This document shows, piece by piece, positions 29,877 through 39,119 of a stretch of 64,000 nucleotides of DNA; positions within the stretch are counted from its first letter, which is position 1; every line of letters starts with the position of its first letter. A model generated the notes under the pieces. It had not been told where the DNA came from, did not search any database, and saw only the letters and a program-made list of their open reading frames with translations. The position numbers and the translations under genes were made by a program. The DNA is from a virus, in the IMG/VR virus record IMGVR_UViG_3300025137_004926. One strand, given 5' to 3'.

Positions 29877-31567
29877 AGAATAAAGTAAATAAAATTGTCA
29901 TTCTAGGTGGCGGTGCGGCAGGTTGGTTCACTGCTGGATATTTAAAATACAAAAATCCTAATATTGATATAACATTAATTGAAAGTAAAAAGATAGGCAT
30001 CGTTGGTGTAGGCGAAAGTACTATACCTCAACTTGGTGACTTCTTTAAAGAAATGGGCATTGAAGAACGTGACTGGATGAGCCATACAAATTCAATATAC
30101 AAACTAGGTAATAAGTTTGTTGGTTGGAATAAAGAAGGCAACAGAGACCATGTCACTAATCACTGGAACTGTTCTAAATTTGAAGAACAGTATTTTTCAT
30201 TCTCATTTGCTTTACCTGAAAAACATTTAACAACAAGTTTCTATCATCAATTACAAACAAAAGATTTCTTTACTAACTCAAAAGGTGATCCTGGTGTAGA
30301 TGATAAATGGAATGATTACTGGTTGCAATTATGCCGTGATGGCAGAAAGAACTGGTGGGAAATGTCTGAGGATATGCAAGAGCAAACATATTTAATGGAC
30401 ATGAACAAAGCACCATTTGATATGGATGATAATATTCTCATTGGTAACTGGCAGGCAAAAACATATCATGTAGATGCAGAAAGATTTCCAGAAGTAGTTA
30501 GAGATAGAGTTGCATTGCCTAGTGGTGTAAAGCATGTTTGGGGTCACGTAAAAGATATTGTAAAAGATAATGAAGGTTACGTAGAAAAATTAGTATTAGA
30601 AGATGGATCAGAATTTGAAGCAGATTTATTCTGTGATGCAACAGGCTTCAATCGTTTACTAACAGGAACAATGAATAATGGTTGGCATGATTATGACCAT
30701 ATCTTTACACGTGATGCGATTGTAGGTCCAGTAGAATACAAAGATGTGTATTCAGAGTTTAGACCTTACACACAATCATATGCAGGCGATGAAGGTTGGA
30801 CATTTATTATCTCACTATTCAATCGTATGGGTTCAGGATATATCTTTGATAAAACTGAGATAAGCCCAGAAGAAGCTAAAGAAAAGTTTATGAAGTATTG
30901 GGATGGGTATAAGTTTATTAAAGAACCAAGACATATTACATGGGAGTCAGGTCGTATGAAAACTCCTTGGAATAAAAATGTAGTTGGTATCGGAATGGCT
31001 GGTGCGTTTGTAGAACCAATGGAAGCTAATTCGTTGTATGTCGCACAGGCATCTATTCAGTTAGTACATAGAATTATCAATCGTGCTAAAGATGAAGATG
31101 CAGTAATCAATCCTTCGCAACTTTATGCATACAATAGAAACATGTGCCAATTAGAAGATGGTATTGCAGACTTTGTTGCTTATCACTTTACTCTATCAGA
31201 TAGAGAAGACACACCTTTCTGGCGTAAGCAAAAGCAGTTAGGTATAGAAAGAAATCATAAAGAAGCATGTTGGAATGAATATAATAGACCTACAAACCAC
31301 ATAGGTAATGGTGTGTATCCAGACTACATGTGGGCTATGTTAGCCGTGTATTTGAACAAGTTTGATGATAGTGTCAAACTAAATACTAGAAAAGAATTAA
31401 TGGAAAAAGCCAATATCATGTTTGAATACTGTAATAAAATGAGTAAAGAAAACGGCAAGTATGCACCACATGCCTACGATTGGCACCGTAAGTTTTTATT
31501 TGAAGGAAAAGATTACAAACAAGTATTGGAAGAAGCACTAGCAAAAGTATCTAGGAATATTGCATAA
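29873..31567 (+). CDS. Flavin-dependent halogenase, tryptophan-halogenase family
   Basis: GGGAAG, GVGESTIP, YKLG..FVGW, DATGF, GWTFII, FVEPMEA. Confidence 0.85.
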   Translation: MKNKVNKIVILGGGAAGWFTAGYLKYKNPNIDITLIESKKIGIVGVGESTIPQLGDFFKEMGIEERDWMSHTNSIYKLGNKFVGWNKEGNRDHVTNHWNCSKFEEQYFSFSFALPEKHLTTSFYHQLQTKDFFTNSKGDPGVDDKWNDYWLQLCRDGRKNWWEMSEDMQEQTYLMDMNKAPFDMDDNILIGNWQAKTYHVDAERFPEVVRDRVALPSGVKHVWGHVKDIVKDNEGYVEKLVLEDGSEFEADLFCDATGFNRLLTGTMNNGWHDYDHIFTRDAIVGPVEYKDVYSEFRPYTQSYAGDEGWTFIISLFNRMGSGYIFDKTEISPEEAKEKFMKYWDGYKFIKEPRHITWESGRMKTPWNKNVVGIGMAGAFVEPMEANSLYVAQASIQLVHRIINRAKDEDAVINPSQLYAYNRNMCQLEDGIADFVAYHFTLSDREDTPFWRKQKQLGIERNHKEACWNEYNRPTNHIGNGVYPDYMWAMLAVYLNKFDDSVKLNTRKELMEKANIMFEYCNKMSKENGKYAPHAYDWHRKFLFEGKDYKQVLEEALAKVSRNIA

Positions 31568-32292
31568 TGACATACCAAAATAAAGTAACATTGAAAGTAT
31601 TTTTTATGTTAGCAGTAGCCGTGATTGGAATACCTGCTTACTTCTATATGGGCGGTTCATGGCAACTTGCTCTTGCTTTTACTTTATATGGTTGTGTTAC
31701 TAATGCATTATCACAAATTGCATATCATAGATGGTTGTGTCACGACCAGTTTGTTCCACATATACTAGGACGTTTAGCAATGCTATATGGTATTGTTATG
31801 AGTGCTAATGGTAGTCCTATACAATATGTTTACTCACATTTAAATCATCATAAGAATTCAGATAAAGAAAAAGATACACACAATCCAGCAGAGTTAGGAT
31901 TGTTTAAAATGTGGTTAGGTCAGTATAAGACACCAGAAGATTTTATTAGTTTGCGTTTTTTATTAAGAAAACGTGATGTAGTTTTTGTTGATAGACATTA
32001 CTGGAAACTATATGTATTGTTCACATTAATACATTTCATCATAACACCTTGGTTAGTTGTATGGCAAGCATTTAATTTTACTCATATGTGGGTAGCATTA
32101 ACTTGGTTAAACTATGCGGCTCACAAAGATGGTGGACCTAGTAAACTAACTGGCTTTGCAAACGTATGGATGATGGGTGAAGGGTGCCATGATATACATC
32201 ATAATTATGCTAATAGATTAGATATGTCACATGATGATTTAACAGATTGGGCTGGCAGATATTATATACCAGCATTGTTGGCTAAAAGATGA
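31567..32292 (+). CDS. Membrane fatty acid desaturase
   Basis: His boxes HRWLCH, HLNHH, HDIHH. Confidence 0.85.
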   Translation: MTYQNKVTLKVFFMLAVAVIGIPAYFYMGGSWQLALAFTLYGCVTNALSQIAYHRWLCHDQFVPHILGRLAMLYGIVMSANGSPIQYVYSHLNHHKNSDKEKDTHNPAELGLFKMWLGQYKTPEDFISLRFLLRKRDVVFVDRHYWKLYVLFTLIHFIITPWLVVWQAFNFTHMWVALTWLNYAAHKDGGPSKLTGFANVWMMGEGCHDIHHNYANRLDMSHDDLTDWAGRYYIPALLAKR

Positions 32293-32459
32293 GAAGTTTA
32301 TTAAAAATATGGCAGTATGCCTTAGGGTCTTACTCAGATGATAAGACAAAACCTTATGACACACAAATGTTAATCATAAGAACTTTTTGGGTACTACTAC
32401 ACATTACTACATGTGTAATGATTATACTAGGTAACGGTCATTTAATGGGTTGGTGGTAA
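32289..32459 (+). CDS. Small membrane protein, 56 aa (absent from the ORF track)
   Basis: MRSLLKIWQYALGSYSDDKTKPYD..GWW; ATGA and TAATG overlaps on both sides. Confidence 0.65.
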   Translation: MRSLLKIWQYALGSYSDDKTKPYDTQMLIIRTFWVLLHITTCVMIILGNGHLMGWW

Positions 32460-33073
32460 TGAAAGTATTAGAAACATTTACTGGTGCACAAAATTATGAA
32501 TTTAAAGTTGTAGAATACGACAGTAGTATGAAAGCAGACCTAGAAGAATTTTGTCAGAAATGTGACAAGGCAGGCATACTAAATAATGCTAGTCTCAAAG
32601 CATTAAAGTTTGGCAAATGGGGTTCACAAGAGAACTGGTGGTTTGTTTATCATGAGGATAAAATAATATCAATGGCAGGAGCACATTACTTGCCACATGT
32701 ACATGATACATGTTATATGATAAATTATAGATTAGCAACATTACCTGAGTGGCGTAATATGGCAGATGATAGACAGAATACTAGAAGAATGTATCATGAG
32801 TTTGGATTTGCAAGATTAGTTCCTTTTATGGCTGATTGGGCTGTTGAACAAGGTGCAACTGATTGTGTAGTGACTACCGCATCAGAAGACCACAGTGACG
32901 ATAGAAGTGGTACGATGCACAAGATATGGAGATTTGCTTACGTGGCTTGGCCACATGAAGATAAGTTATCTCTATTGCATAAGGATTTCCCATTGTATGG
33001 GATTAAGCAAGATGTATGGAGATTTAATTGGAGAAACTTTCGTACAGGTGAAAGGATAGAATATGCTAGATAA
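32459..33073 (+). CDS. Putative GNAT-fold acyltransferase
   Basis: KIISMAG..YRLATLPEWR pattern resembles GNAT strands and motif A; start MKVLE by TAATG coupling. Confidence 0.45.
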   Translation: MKVLETFTGAQNYEFKVVEYDSSMKADLEEFCQKCDKAGILNNASLKALKFGKWGSQENWWFVYHEDKIISMAGAHYLPHVHDTCYMINYRLATLPEWRNMADDRQNTRRMYHEFGFARLVPFMADWAVEQGATDCVVTTASEDHSDDRSGTMHKIWRFAYVAWPHEDKLSLLHKDFPLYGIKQDVWRFNWRNFRTGERIEYAR

Positions 33074-33839
33074 AATAACATATGGTTGGAAAATGAGAAT
33101 ACTATGGATTGTATTGCATATTGTATTAATTTACAGTATTATATCAGCGCCAGAGTATTTTTGGTATTCATTTGTATGGGGTTGCATAACAACTATGGTA
33201 GGTGGCTTTGCTGGTTGGCATAGATATTGGGCTCATAGAAGTTATCAGACAGGAAGGAAAAGACAAGTACTTCTTCTTTGGTGGGGTGCATTGGGCTTTC
33301 CAGGTAAACCACTTCCTACTCTAGGTGGACATAGATTACATCACAAATATGCAGATGTAGAAGGTATGGATATTCATTCACCAAGAGAAAAATCATGGTG
33401 GGAAAACTTGATGGGTTTTTATGAAGACTTCCCTCCTGAACGTAGAATTTTTAAAGACTTGTATTTGGATCCACAAGTAAGATTTATGCAACGATATTAT
33501 TTTCAAATTATAACAGTTGCAATGATTGTATTATTCTTAATCGATCCAATCTTACCCGGTTACGTATTGGGTATCACAGGTGTATATCAATTTTGGGTAG
33601 GTACATTCGGTATAGTACACTTACTACATATATTTGGTAAATCAGACCATGACACAGGAGACGATAGTAAAAATAGTTGGTTACTTGCAGTGTTTACATT
33701 CGGAGAAGGTTGGCATAACAATCATCATAACAATAGTTTAAGTTATACCACACAAGAAAAATGGTATCAGTTTGACCCGACCGGGTTAGTAATTAAATAT
33801 TTTATAGCAACGGATTTAACACATGACCGTATATATTAA
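33063..33839 (+). CDS. Delta-9-like membrane fatty acid desaturase
   Basis: HRYWAH, HRLHH, GEGWHNNHH. Confidence 0.9.
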   Translation: MLDKITYGWKMRILWIVLHIVLIYSIISAPEYFWYSFVWGCITTMVGGFAGWHRYWAHRSYQTGRKRQVLLLWWGALGFPGKPLPTLGGHRLHHKYADVEGMDIHSPREKSWWENLMGFYEDFPPERRIFKDLYLDPQVRFMQRYYFQIITVAMIVLFLIDPILPGYVLGITGVYQFWVGTFGIVHLLHIFGKSDHDTGDDSKNSWLLAVFTFGEGWHNNHHNNSLSYTTQEKWYQFDPTGLVIKYFIATDLTHDRIY

Positions 33840-34971
33840 TGACCTGTCTTGCTTTACACCTTTCGGTGATTTAGAGCAAACATGGAAGGGCGTAACAGAA
33901 AACAAAGTAGCATATGGACCTATTACTAAGTTTGATCCAAATGAAAGTAGATACACACGAAGCAAAGTAGCAGGTGAGTTTCATTTTAATGCAGAAGATT
34001 ATCCTATCATAACAGAATCAGAACGTGATAGACTTCCAGAATCTAATCAATGGGCGTTAGCATTAGCAAGTAAAATAGATTTAGATACAATAGATAAAAG
34101 TAGAACAGGTGTTATTGTTTCACCAGGCTTTTCAATGTACTTAGAAATACTAAAAGCAAATAAGGATAATGCAGATAACATTTATCATTACTGTCCTGAT
34201 ATGATTGCACACAATATAAACATGAAATATGGTTTAACTGGTGCTAGTGCAATAACATTAACTGCCTGTAGTACAGGTATCTACAGTGTTATATGGGCTT
34301 CTATGATGATTGAAATGGGAATGATAGACCATGCTTTAGCAGGCTCAGTAGATGTAACAATACAACCAGACGCATTCAAACAGATGGGTAAACTAAGAGC
34401 CTTATCAACCAAATATAATGATACACCAAAGAAAGCATCAAGACCATATGATATCGGACGTGATGGATTAGTATTAAGTGAAGGTGGCGCAATATTCTTA
34501 TTAAGTAAAGATAAGACAAATAAAACAATTTGTCAAATAGATGGGTATGCAGTAAACAACGATGCATATCAAACTGTGGCACCACATCCTAACGGAAAAG
34601 AAGTACAAAAATGCATGTCAGATGCGTTGAAAGGTTCAACACCTAGTCTTATTAATGTTCACGGAACATCAACACCAATGGGTGACTATGCAGAACTAGA
34701 TGCTATCAATAGATTAGGATTACAAGATGTACCGATAGTTGCTAACAAATCGCAGTTAGGACACTGTATGGGAGCCGCAGGCTCTGTAGAGTTAGCTATG
34801 TCTATTATGTCTCTAAAACACGCTATTATACCGCCTACGGTCAACGTAGAAGCGTTTGAAGAAGGATATAGTCCAAAGATATACAATACGTCAACTAGTG
34901 CAGAAATAACGTCTGTATTGTGTAATTCTTTCGGTTTTGGCGGTACGAATGCTAGTATTTTAATTAGCTAA
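33823..34971 (+). CDS. fabF: Beta-ketoacyl-ACP synthase (FabF-like)
   Basis: TACSTG, HGTST, KSQLGHCMGAAG, NSFGFGGTN; Cys-His-His triad intact. Confidence 0.9.
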   Translation: MTVYINDLSCFTPFGDLEQTWKGVTENKVAYGPITKFDPNESRYTRSKVAGEFHFNAEDYPIITESERDRLPESNQWALALASKIDLDTIDKSRTGVIVSPGFSMYLEILKANKDNADNIYHYCPDMIAHNINMKYGLTGASAITLTACSTGIYSVIWASMMIEMGMIDHALAGSVDVTIQPDAFKQMGKLRALSTKYNDTPKKASRPYDIGRDGLVLSEGGAIFLLSKDKTNKTICQIDGYAVNNDAYQTVAPHPNGKEVQKCMSDALKGSTPSLINVHGTSTPMGDYAELDAINRLGLQDVPIVANKSQLGHCMGAAGSVELAMSIMSLKHAIIPPTVNVEAFEEGYSPKIYNTSTSAEITSVLCNSFGFGGTNASILIS

Positions 34972-35017
34972 AAACTTGACAATATCACGAATCGTGTTAT
35001 TATGTATACATAATGAA
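34972..35017 (+). promoter_or_regulatory. Repeated early-type promoter, copy 2
   Basis: AAACTTGACA-N7-GAATCGTGT-TATTAT-GTATACATAATGAA. Confidence 0.7.
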
Positions 35018-35036
35018 AGAAAAAGGTGACTCAAAT

Positions 35037-36356
35037 ATGCAAGTAGAAAAAGCACAATCAGTAGACGATATTGTTGATAATGCATTAAAAGGTGCAGGCA
35101 TCGAAATTGATGAAAATTCAAGCGAACCTGTAGTATTCGACTATACTGATAAAGAAGTCAAAGAAATGATTGTCGCTGGTAGAGTAAGAATGCTTATCAA
35201 ACATCCATTCTTTGGTACACTTGCTACAAGATTAAAATTAGTTGAGGCAGAATGGTGTCCAACAGCCGCAGTTGACGGCAAACATTTTTATTATAACTGT
35301 GATTTTTTCAGAACTCTAACATCGGAAGAGATTGACTTTGTAGTAGGTCATGAGGTTCTTCACTGTGTTTATGACCATTGTGGTGAAGGTGGTCGTCTAT
35401 TTGATTTTGATGAAAAGAATCGTGATGCTCAACTTTGGAACGTAGCCGCTGACTATAAAGTTAATCAAGGCTGTGTTGAAAGTAGAATTGGTGTCATGCC
35501 AAAATCTGCATTATTTGATACAAAATATCATGGTAAGTACACTGAGGAAATTTATCAACATCTGAAACAAACAGGTCAAGGTCAAGACAAAAAAACACTT
35601 GACCAACATATCATGGGTAATGGTAATGATTCAACAGGTGGTACTGGTGAAACTGATCCTACAGGACGTAAAGCACCAATCAAAATTTCTAAGGAAGAAG
35701 CAAAACAACTTAAAGACCAAATGAAACAGGCTGTTATTCAAGCGGCTCAAACTGCTGGTGCTGGTAATATGCCTGGTGATATCAAAAGACTTGTTAAGTC
35801 TATGACAGAACCTAAGATGGATTGGCGACAGTTACTTAATACATCTATTCTAAGTTTACTTAAATCAGATTTCACATGGATGAAACAATCAAGAAAATCT
35901 AGGTCAATGGGTGTTTATCTTCCTGGTCAAGATAACGATACTATGATTGATTTAGGTATCGGTCTTGATGTTTCAGGTTCTATTGATAATCAAATGTTGG
36001 CTGACTTCATGGGTGAAGTTGGAGGCATCATGCAACAGTTTCAGGACTTTAGACTTAGAGTTTGGACTTTCGATACTGAGGTTAATGAATTTTCATTCAA
36101 AGAATTTACTCCGATGAATGCAGATGAAATTAAAGACTATGAGATTAAAGGCGGTGGTGGTACTGACTTTGATTGTAACTTTAGTTTCATGGAACAAAAC
36201 GATATCAATCCTGATAAGTTTGTAATGTTTACTGATGGGTATCCATTTGGTAGTTGGGGCAATCCAAACTACTGTGATACACTATTTGTTATTCATGGAA
36301 GTGAATCAATCATCCCACCATTTGGCGAACACGCCTACTATCAAAAAGCCGCATAA
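35037..36356 (+). CDS. Metallopeptidase-like plus VWA domain protein (MoxR partner)
   Basis: HEVLH; MIDAS DVSGS; GGGGTDF; FTDG. Confidence 0.85.
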   Translation: MQVEKAQSVDDIVDNALKGAGIEIDENSSEPVVFDYTDKEVKEMIVAGRVRMLIKHPFFGTLATRLKLVEAEWCPTAAVDGKHFYYNCDFFRTLTSEEIDFVVGHEVLHCVYDHCGEGGRLFDFDEKNRDAQLWNVAADYKVNQGCVESRIGVMPKSALFDTKYHGKYTEEIYQHLKQTGQGQDKKTLDQHIMGNGNDSTGGTGETDPTGRKAPIKISKEEAKQLKDQMKQAVIQAAQTAGAGNMPGDIKRLVKSMTEPKMDWRQLLNTSILSLLKSDFTWMKQSRKSRSMGVYLPGQDNDTMIDLGIGLDVSGSIDNQMLADFMGEVGGIMQQFQDFRLRVWTFDTEVNEFSFKEFTPMNADEIKDYEIKGGGGTDFDCNFSFMEQNDINPDKFVMFTDGYPFGSWGNPNYCDTLFVIHGSESIIPPFGEHAYYQKAA

Positions 36357-36404
36357 ATAGTAGGGAGTAAAAAACTCCCTTTCATAAGAGACTAAATATT
36401 ATTA

Positions 36405-36947
36405 ATGAGCGATACATTACTATTGAATGCGGACTACAAACCTCTCGGACTTTCACCTCTTTCTACATTAACATGGCAAGAAAGCATTAAACTTATCTGG
36501 CTTGATAAGATTAACGTAGTCGAATGGCATGACGATTGGGAAGTACATAGTCCTAGTCACACCATGCGTGTCCCTAGTGTCATTGCAGTACGTGAATATG
36601 TGTCTCAGAATAAAGAAGGTATAAATTTCTCACGTAAAAATGTATTCATACGTGACCATTATACTTGTCAATATTGTTTAGATGCATTCCCTTCAAAAGA
36701 ACTTACACTGGATCATGTTATACCTAGGTCAAAAGGTGGCAAGTCTGGTTGGGATAATATGGTATCTGCATGTAAAAAATGTAATCTAGCAAAGGGTTCA
36801 AGAACTGATATAAGTCCTGTAAGAGTACCAACTAAACCAAATTTTTACAATCTAATGTCTCAAAAGAACTTCACAGTAAGGATAAAACACCGTATTTGGT
36901 TAAATTACCTTGATTGGCCTGAGAAATATGTTGATTTAGTAGCATAA
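36405..36947 (+). CDS. HNH endonuclease
   Basis: RDHYTCQYC, TLDHVIPRSKGG, CKKCN..KG. Confidence 0.9.
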   Translation: MSDTLLLNADYKPLGLSPLSTLTWQESIKLIWLDKINVVEWHDDWEVHSPSHTMRVPSVIAVREYVSQNKEGINFSRKNVFIRDHYTCQYCLDAFPSKELTLDHVIPRSKGGKSGWDNMVSACKKCNLAKGSRTDISPVRVPTKPNFYNLMSQKNFTVRIKHRIWLNYLDWPEKYVDLVA

Positions 36948-36962
36948 TTATTAAATAAAGGC

Positions 36963-36991
36963 TTGACTTCGTTACCCCAATTTGTTATAAT
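36963..36991 (+). promoter_or_regulatory. Sigma70-type promoter
   Basis: TTGACT-17bp-TATAAT with TG. Confidence 0.7.
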
Positions 36992-37038
36992 AGTAGTTGA
37001 ATAATTAAGTTATTCTATTATATATAATAATTAAACTA

Positions 37039-37344
37039 ATGTCAAAGGAGTATACAACAATGACAGAAGAAAATAAACAATCGGAAGCGCCAGCTAGTGC
37101 ACCAGCACCAAGCGAGGCACCAACGGTTACAGTAAATGACTTGGTCAATATTTACAATATTATTGACTTAGCATCAAAACGTGGGGCTTTTCAAGCCGCA
37201 GAGTTATCATCAGTAGGAGCAATCGCTAATAAAGTAAAGGCATTCGTTGACCATGTCCAAGCACAACAAAAAGCGGCGGCAGATGCGGCTGGTGAAAAAG
37301 CTGGTGAACAGCCTGCTGAAACTACAGAAGGTACAGATAGTTAA
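37039..37344 (+). CDS. Hypothetical phage protein
   Basis: ORF with IIDLASKRGAF core; AAGGAG SD suggests a start near 37060. Confidence 0.6.
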   Translation: MSKEYTTMTEENKQSEAPASAPAPSEAPTVTVNDLVNIYNIIDLASKRGAFQAAELSSVGAIANKVKAFVDHVQAQQKAAADAAGEKAGEQPAETTEGTDS

Positions 37345-37346
37345 TT

Positions 37347-37985
37347 ATGGCAATTACTAAACACATTGGTAGACATAAAGGCACAGGTCAACGCCTAAGT
37401 GTAGTCTTTATGCAAATACCAGAAGACAAGGAACATGCTCTAGTAGTTTACTCAGACATGTTACAAGATAAATTCCATGATGATTTCATGGCGGCTATCG
37501 TATCGCCGGAAGGCCAATCTGCAAATAATTTGCATGAGGCACTTCAACGTAAAACGTTTTGGAATGGGGAAACAATGTTAGAATCACTACATACCAGAGG
37601 TCACTTGAAAAAGGTACCAGTGGATGCAGTGATAATGCAACCAACGCCACAACAACAAATCCCACTAGCAGATATTCTTAAAGAAATGAAGAACATCAGT
37701 GAGGGAGCAGTTGCGCCGGATCCTGAATTTGGTGAAATGCCAGGTCAGAGAATTGACGAGCAAGTAGCATTAAACAGGGATCAAGATAATAAAGCAATCG
37801 CACAAAATCTTTTACAACAGGCTGTCCTATTAGAGGATGAAGCTGAAAAGAAAAGAGCGGAAGCAGTTAGGTTTGATCCAACTCTAGCACAAAAGGCGGC
37901 AGAAGCCCCTAAACGTGGAAGAGGTAGACCAAAAGGTACTACTAAAGATGCTATGGCGGCAAAAACAACCTCAGCAGAGGTATAA
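37347..37985 (+). CDS. Hypothetical protein with C-terminal AT-hook-like motif
   Basis: KRGRGRPKG near the C-terminus. Confidence 0.6.
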   Translation: MAITKHIGRHKGTGQRLSVVFMQIPEDKEHALVVYSDMLQDKFHDDFMAAIVSPEGQSANNLHEALQRKTFWNGETMLESLHTRGHLKKVPVDAVIMQPTPQQQIPLADILKEMKNISEGAVAPDPEFGEMPGQRIDEQVALNRDQDNKAIAQNLLQQAVLLEDEAEKKRAEAVRFDPTLAQKAAEAPKRGRGRPKGTTKDAMAAKTTSAEV

Positions 37986-37989
37986 AACT

Positions 37990-38259
37990 ATGAGTAAGCG
38001 TAGTGAAATATTAAATGCAATTACACATGAACGTGAAAAGCATACTGATATGCCTGGTTCAGAATTAGATATTAAGAACACACCCAACGATTGGGTTGCA
38101 ATAGCTTCTTACTATCTTGTACAGAATACAAGGAGAGCCACTATGCTTACTCCACCATCAGCAGAAGATTATAAAGATAACCTGATTAAAGCAGGTGCAG
38201 TAATCTTAGCCGCAATCGAACATATTGATTCGATGAAAGATAAGGATGAATTATCATAA
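37990..38259 (+). CDS. Hypothetical protein
   Basis: Likely start MSKRSE after GAGG SD. Confidence 0.55.
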   Translation: MSKRSEILNAITHEREKHTDMPGSELDIKNTPNDWVAIASYYLVQNTRRATMLTPPSAEDYKDNLIKAGAVILAAIEHIDSMKDKDELS

Positions 38260-38603
38260 TGGAATTCGATAGAGACGGAGAATTCGATAGGGTAATGGAA
38301 GAAATATTTCCCGTAAGTATTCCTTCAGCATTCGTTAAAAGTATCAGTGTTAAATTGGCAAACGGACAACAAGTTGTTTTAAAAGGCGATGAGTTATTAA
38401 ATCCTTTACCTGTTGCAAATGATTTTAGTTGGGATAAACTTGTAGAGCAATTCGATGCTATAGAAGATATCCAAGTGTTTATTGATATGCCTGCCATTAG
38501 GCAGAATGTAGTAATGAACGTTAAAAAAATACTAAATAATCATTTTAAAGACTACTTAGATAAAGAGTCTAAGAAGAAGCAGGAGAAGGACAATGGCGAT
38601 TAG
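38259..38603 (+). CDS. Hypothetical protein
   Basis: 114-aa coupled ORF. Confidence 0.55.
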   Translation: MEFDRDGEFDRVMEEIFPVSIPSAFVKSISVKLANGQQVVLKGDELLNPLPVANDFSWDKLVEQFDAIEDIQVFIDMPAIRQNVVMNVKKILNNHFKDYLDKESKKKQEKDNGD

Positions 38604-39111
38604 CATGATTTTAGCCGCTGATGAATACGGTGGCATAGGATACAAAAACGATTTACCTTGGTCGAAAATAAAATTAGATTTAAAATGGTTTGCAGACCAC
38701 ACAACTGATAATGTAGTTGTAATGGGTTCTAATACTTGGAAGAGTTTAGGAAAAATAGCCCCACTAAAAAATAGAATCAACTACGTAATAACTTCTAAGA
38801 GCATGCCTGAATTCCCAGGTGCTCATGATTGTTATGATTATACTCAATATTCATTAGAAAGTATTGTTACTGCAATTCAATCAAGACACCCTACTAAACA
38901 AATATACATCATAGGTGGTAAACACCTTTACGATGATGCCTATAAATTTTGTAATAAGATATTACTAACTAGAATTGACGGCACCCATTCAGTAGATACT
39001 ACAGTAGATATTGTAGAGTATCTAAAAGACTTCAAAAAAACTAACTCATCAGGATATGTAAACCCACACCCAGAACCTCATTGTACATTTGAGACATGGG
39101 ATAGAAAATAG
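38593..39111 (+). CDS. folA: Dihydrofolate reductase
   Basis: GIGYKNDLPW, DLKWF, VVMGSNTW, PLKNR, IIGG. Confidence 0.92.
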   Translation: MAISMILAADEYGGIGYKNDLPWSKIKLDLKWFADHTTDNVVVMGSNTWKSLGKIAPLKNRINYVITSKSMPEFPGAHDCYDYTQYSLESIVTAIQSRHPTKQIYIIGGKHLYDDAYKFCNKILLTRIDGTHSVDTTVDIVEYLKDFKKTNSSGYVNPHPEPHCTFETWDRK

Positions 39112-39119
39112 GATTGTAA

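Noticed and set aside
36405-36947. HNH gene as an intron-encoded homing endonuclease
   Set aside because: Free-standing, flanking genes are uninterrupted and no intron is apparent; thyA and the polymerase also lack introns or inteins
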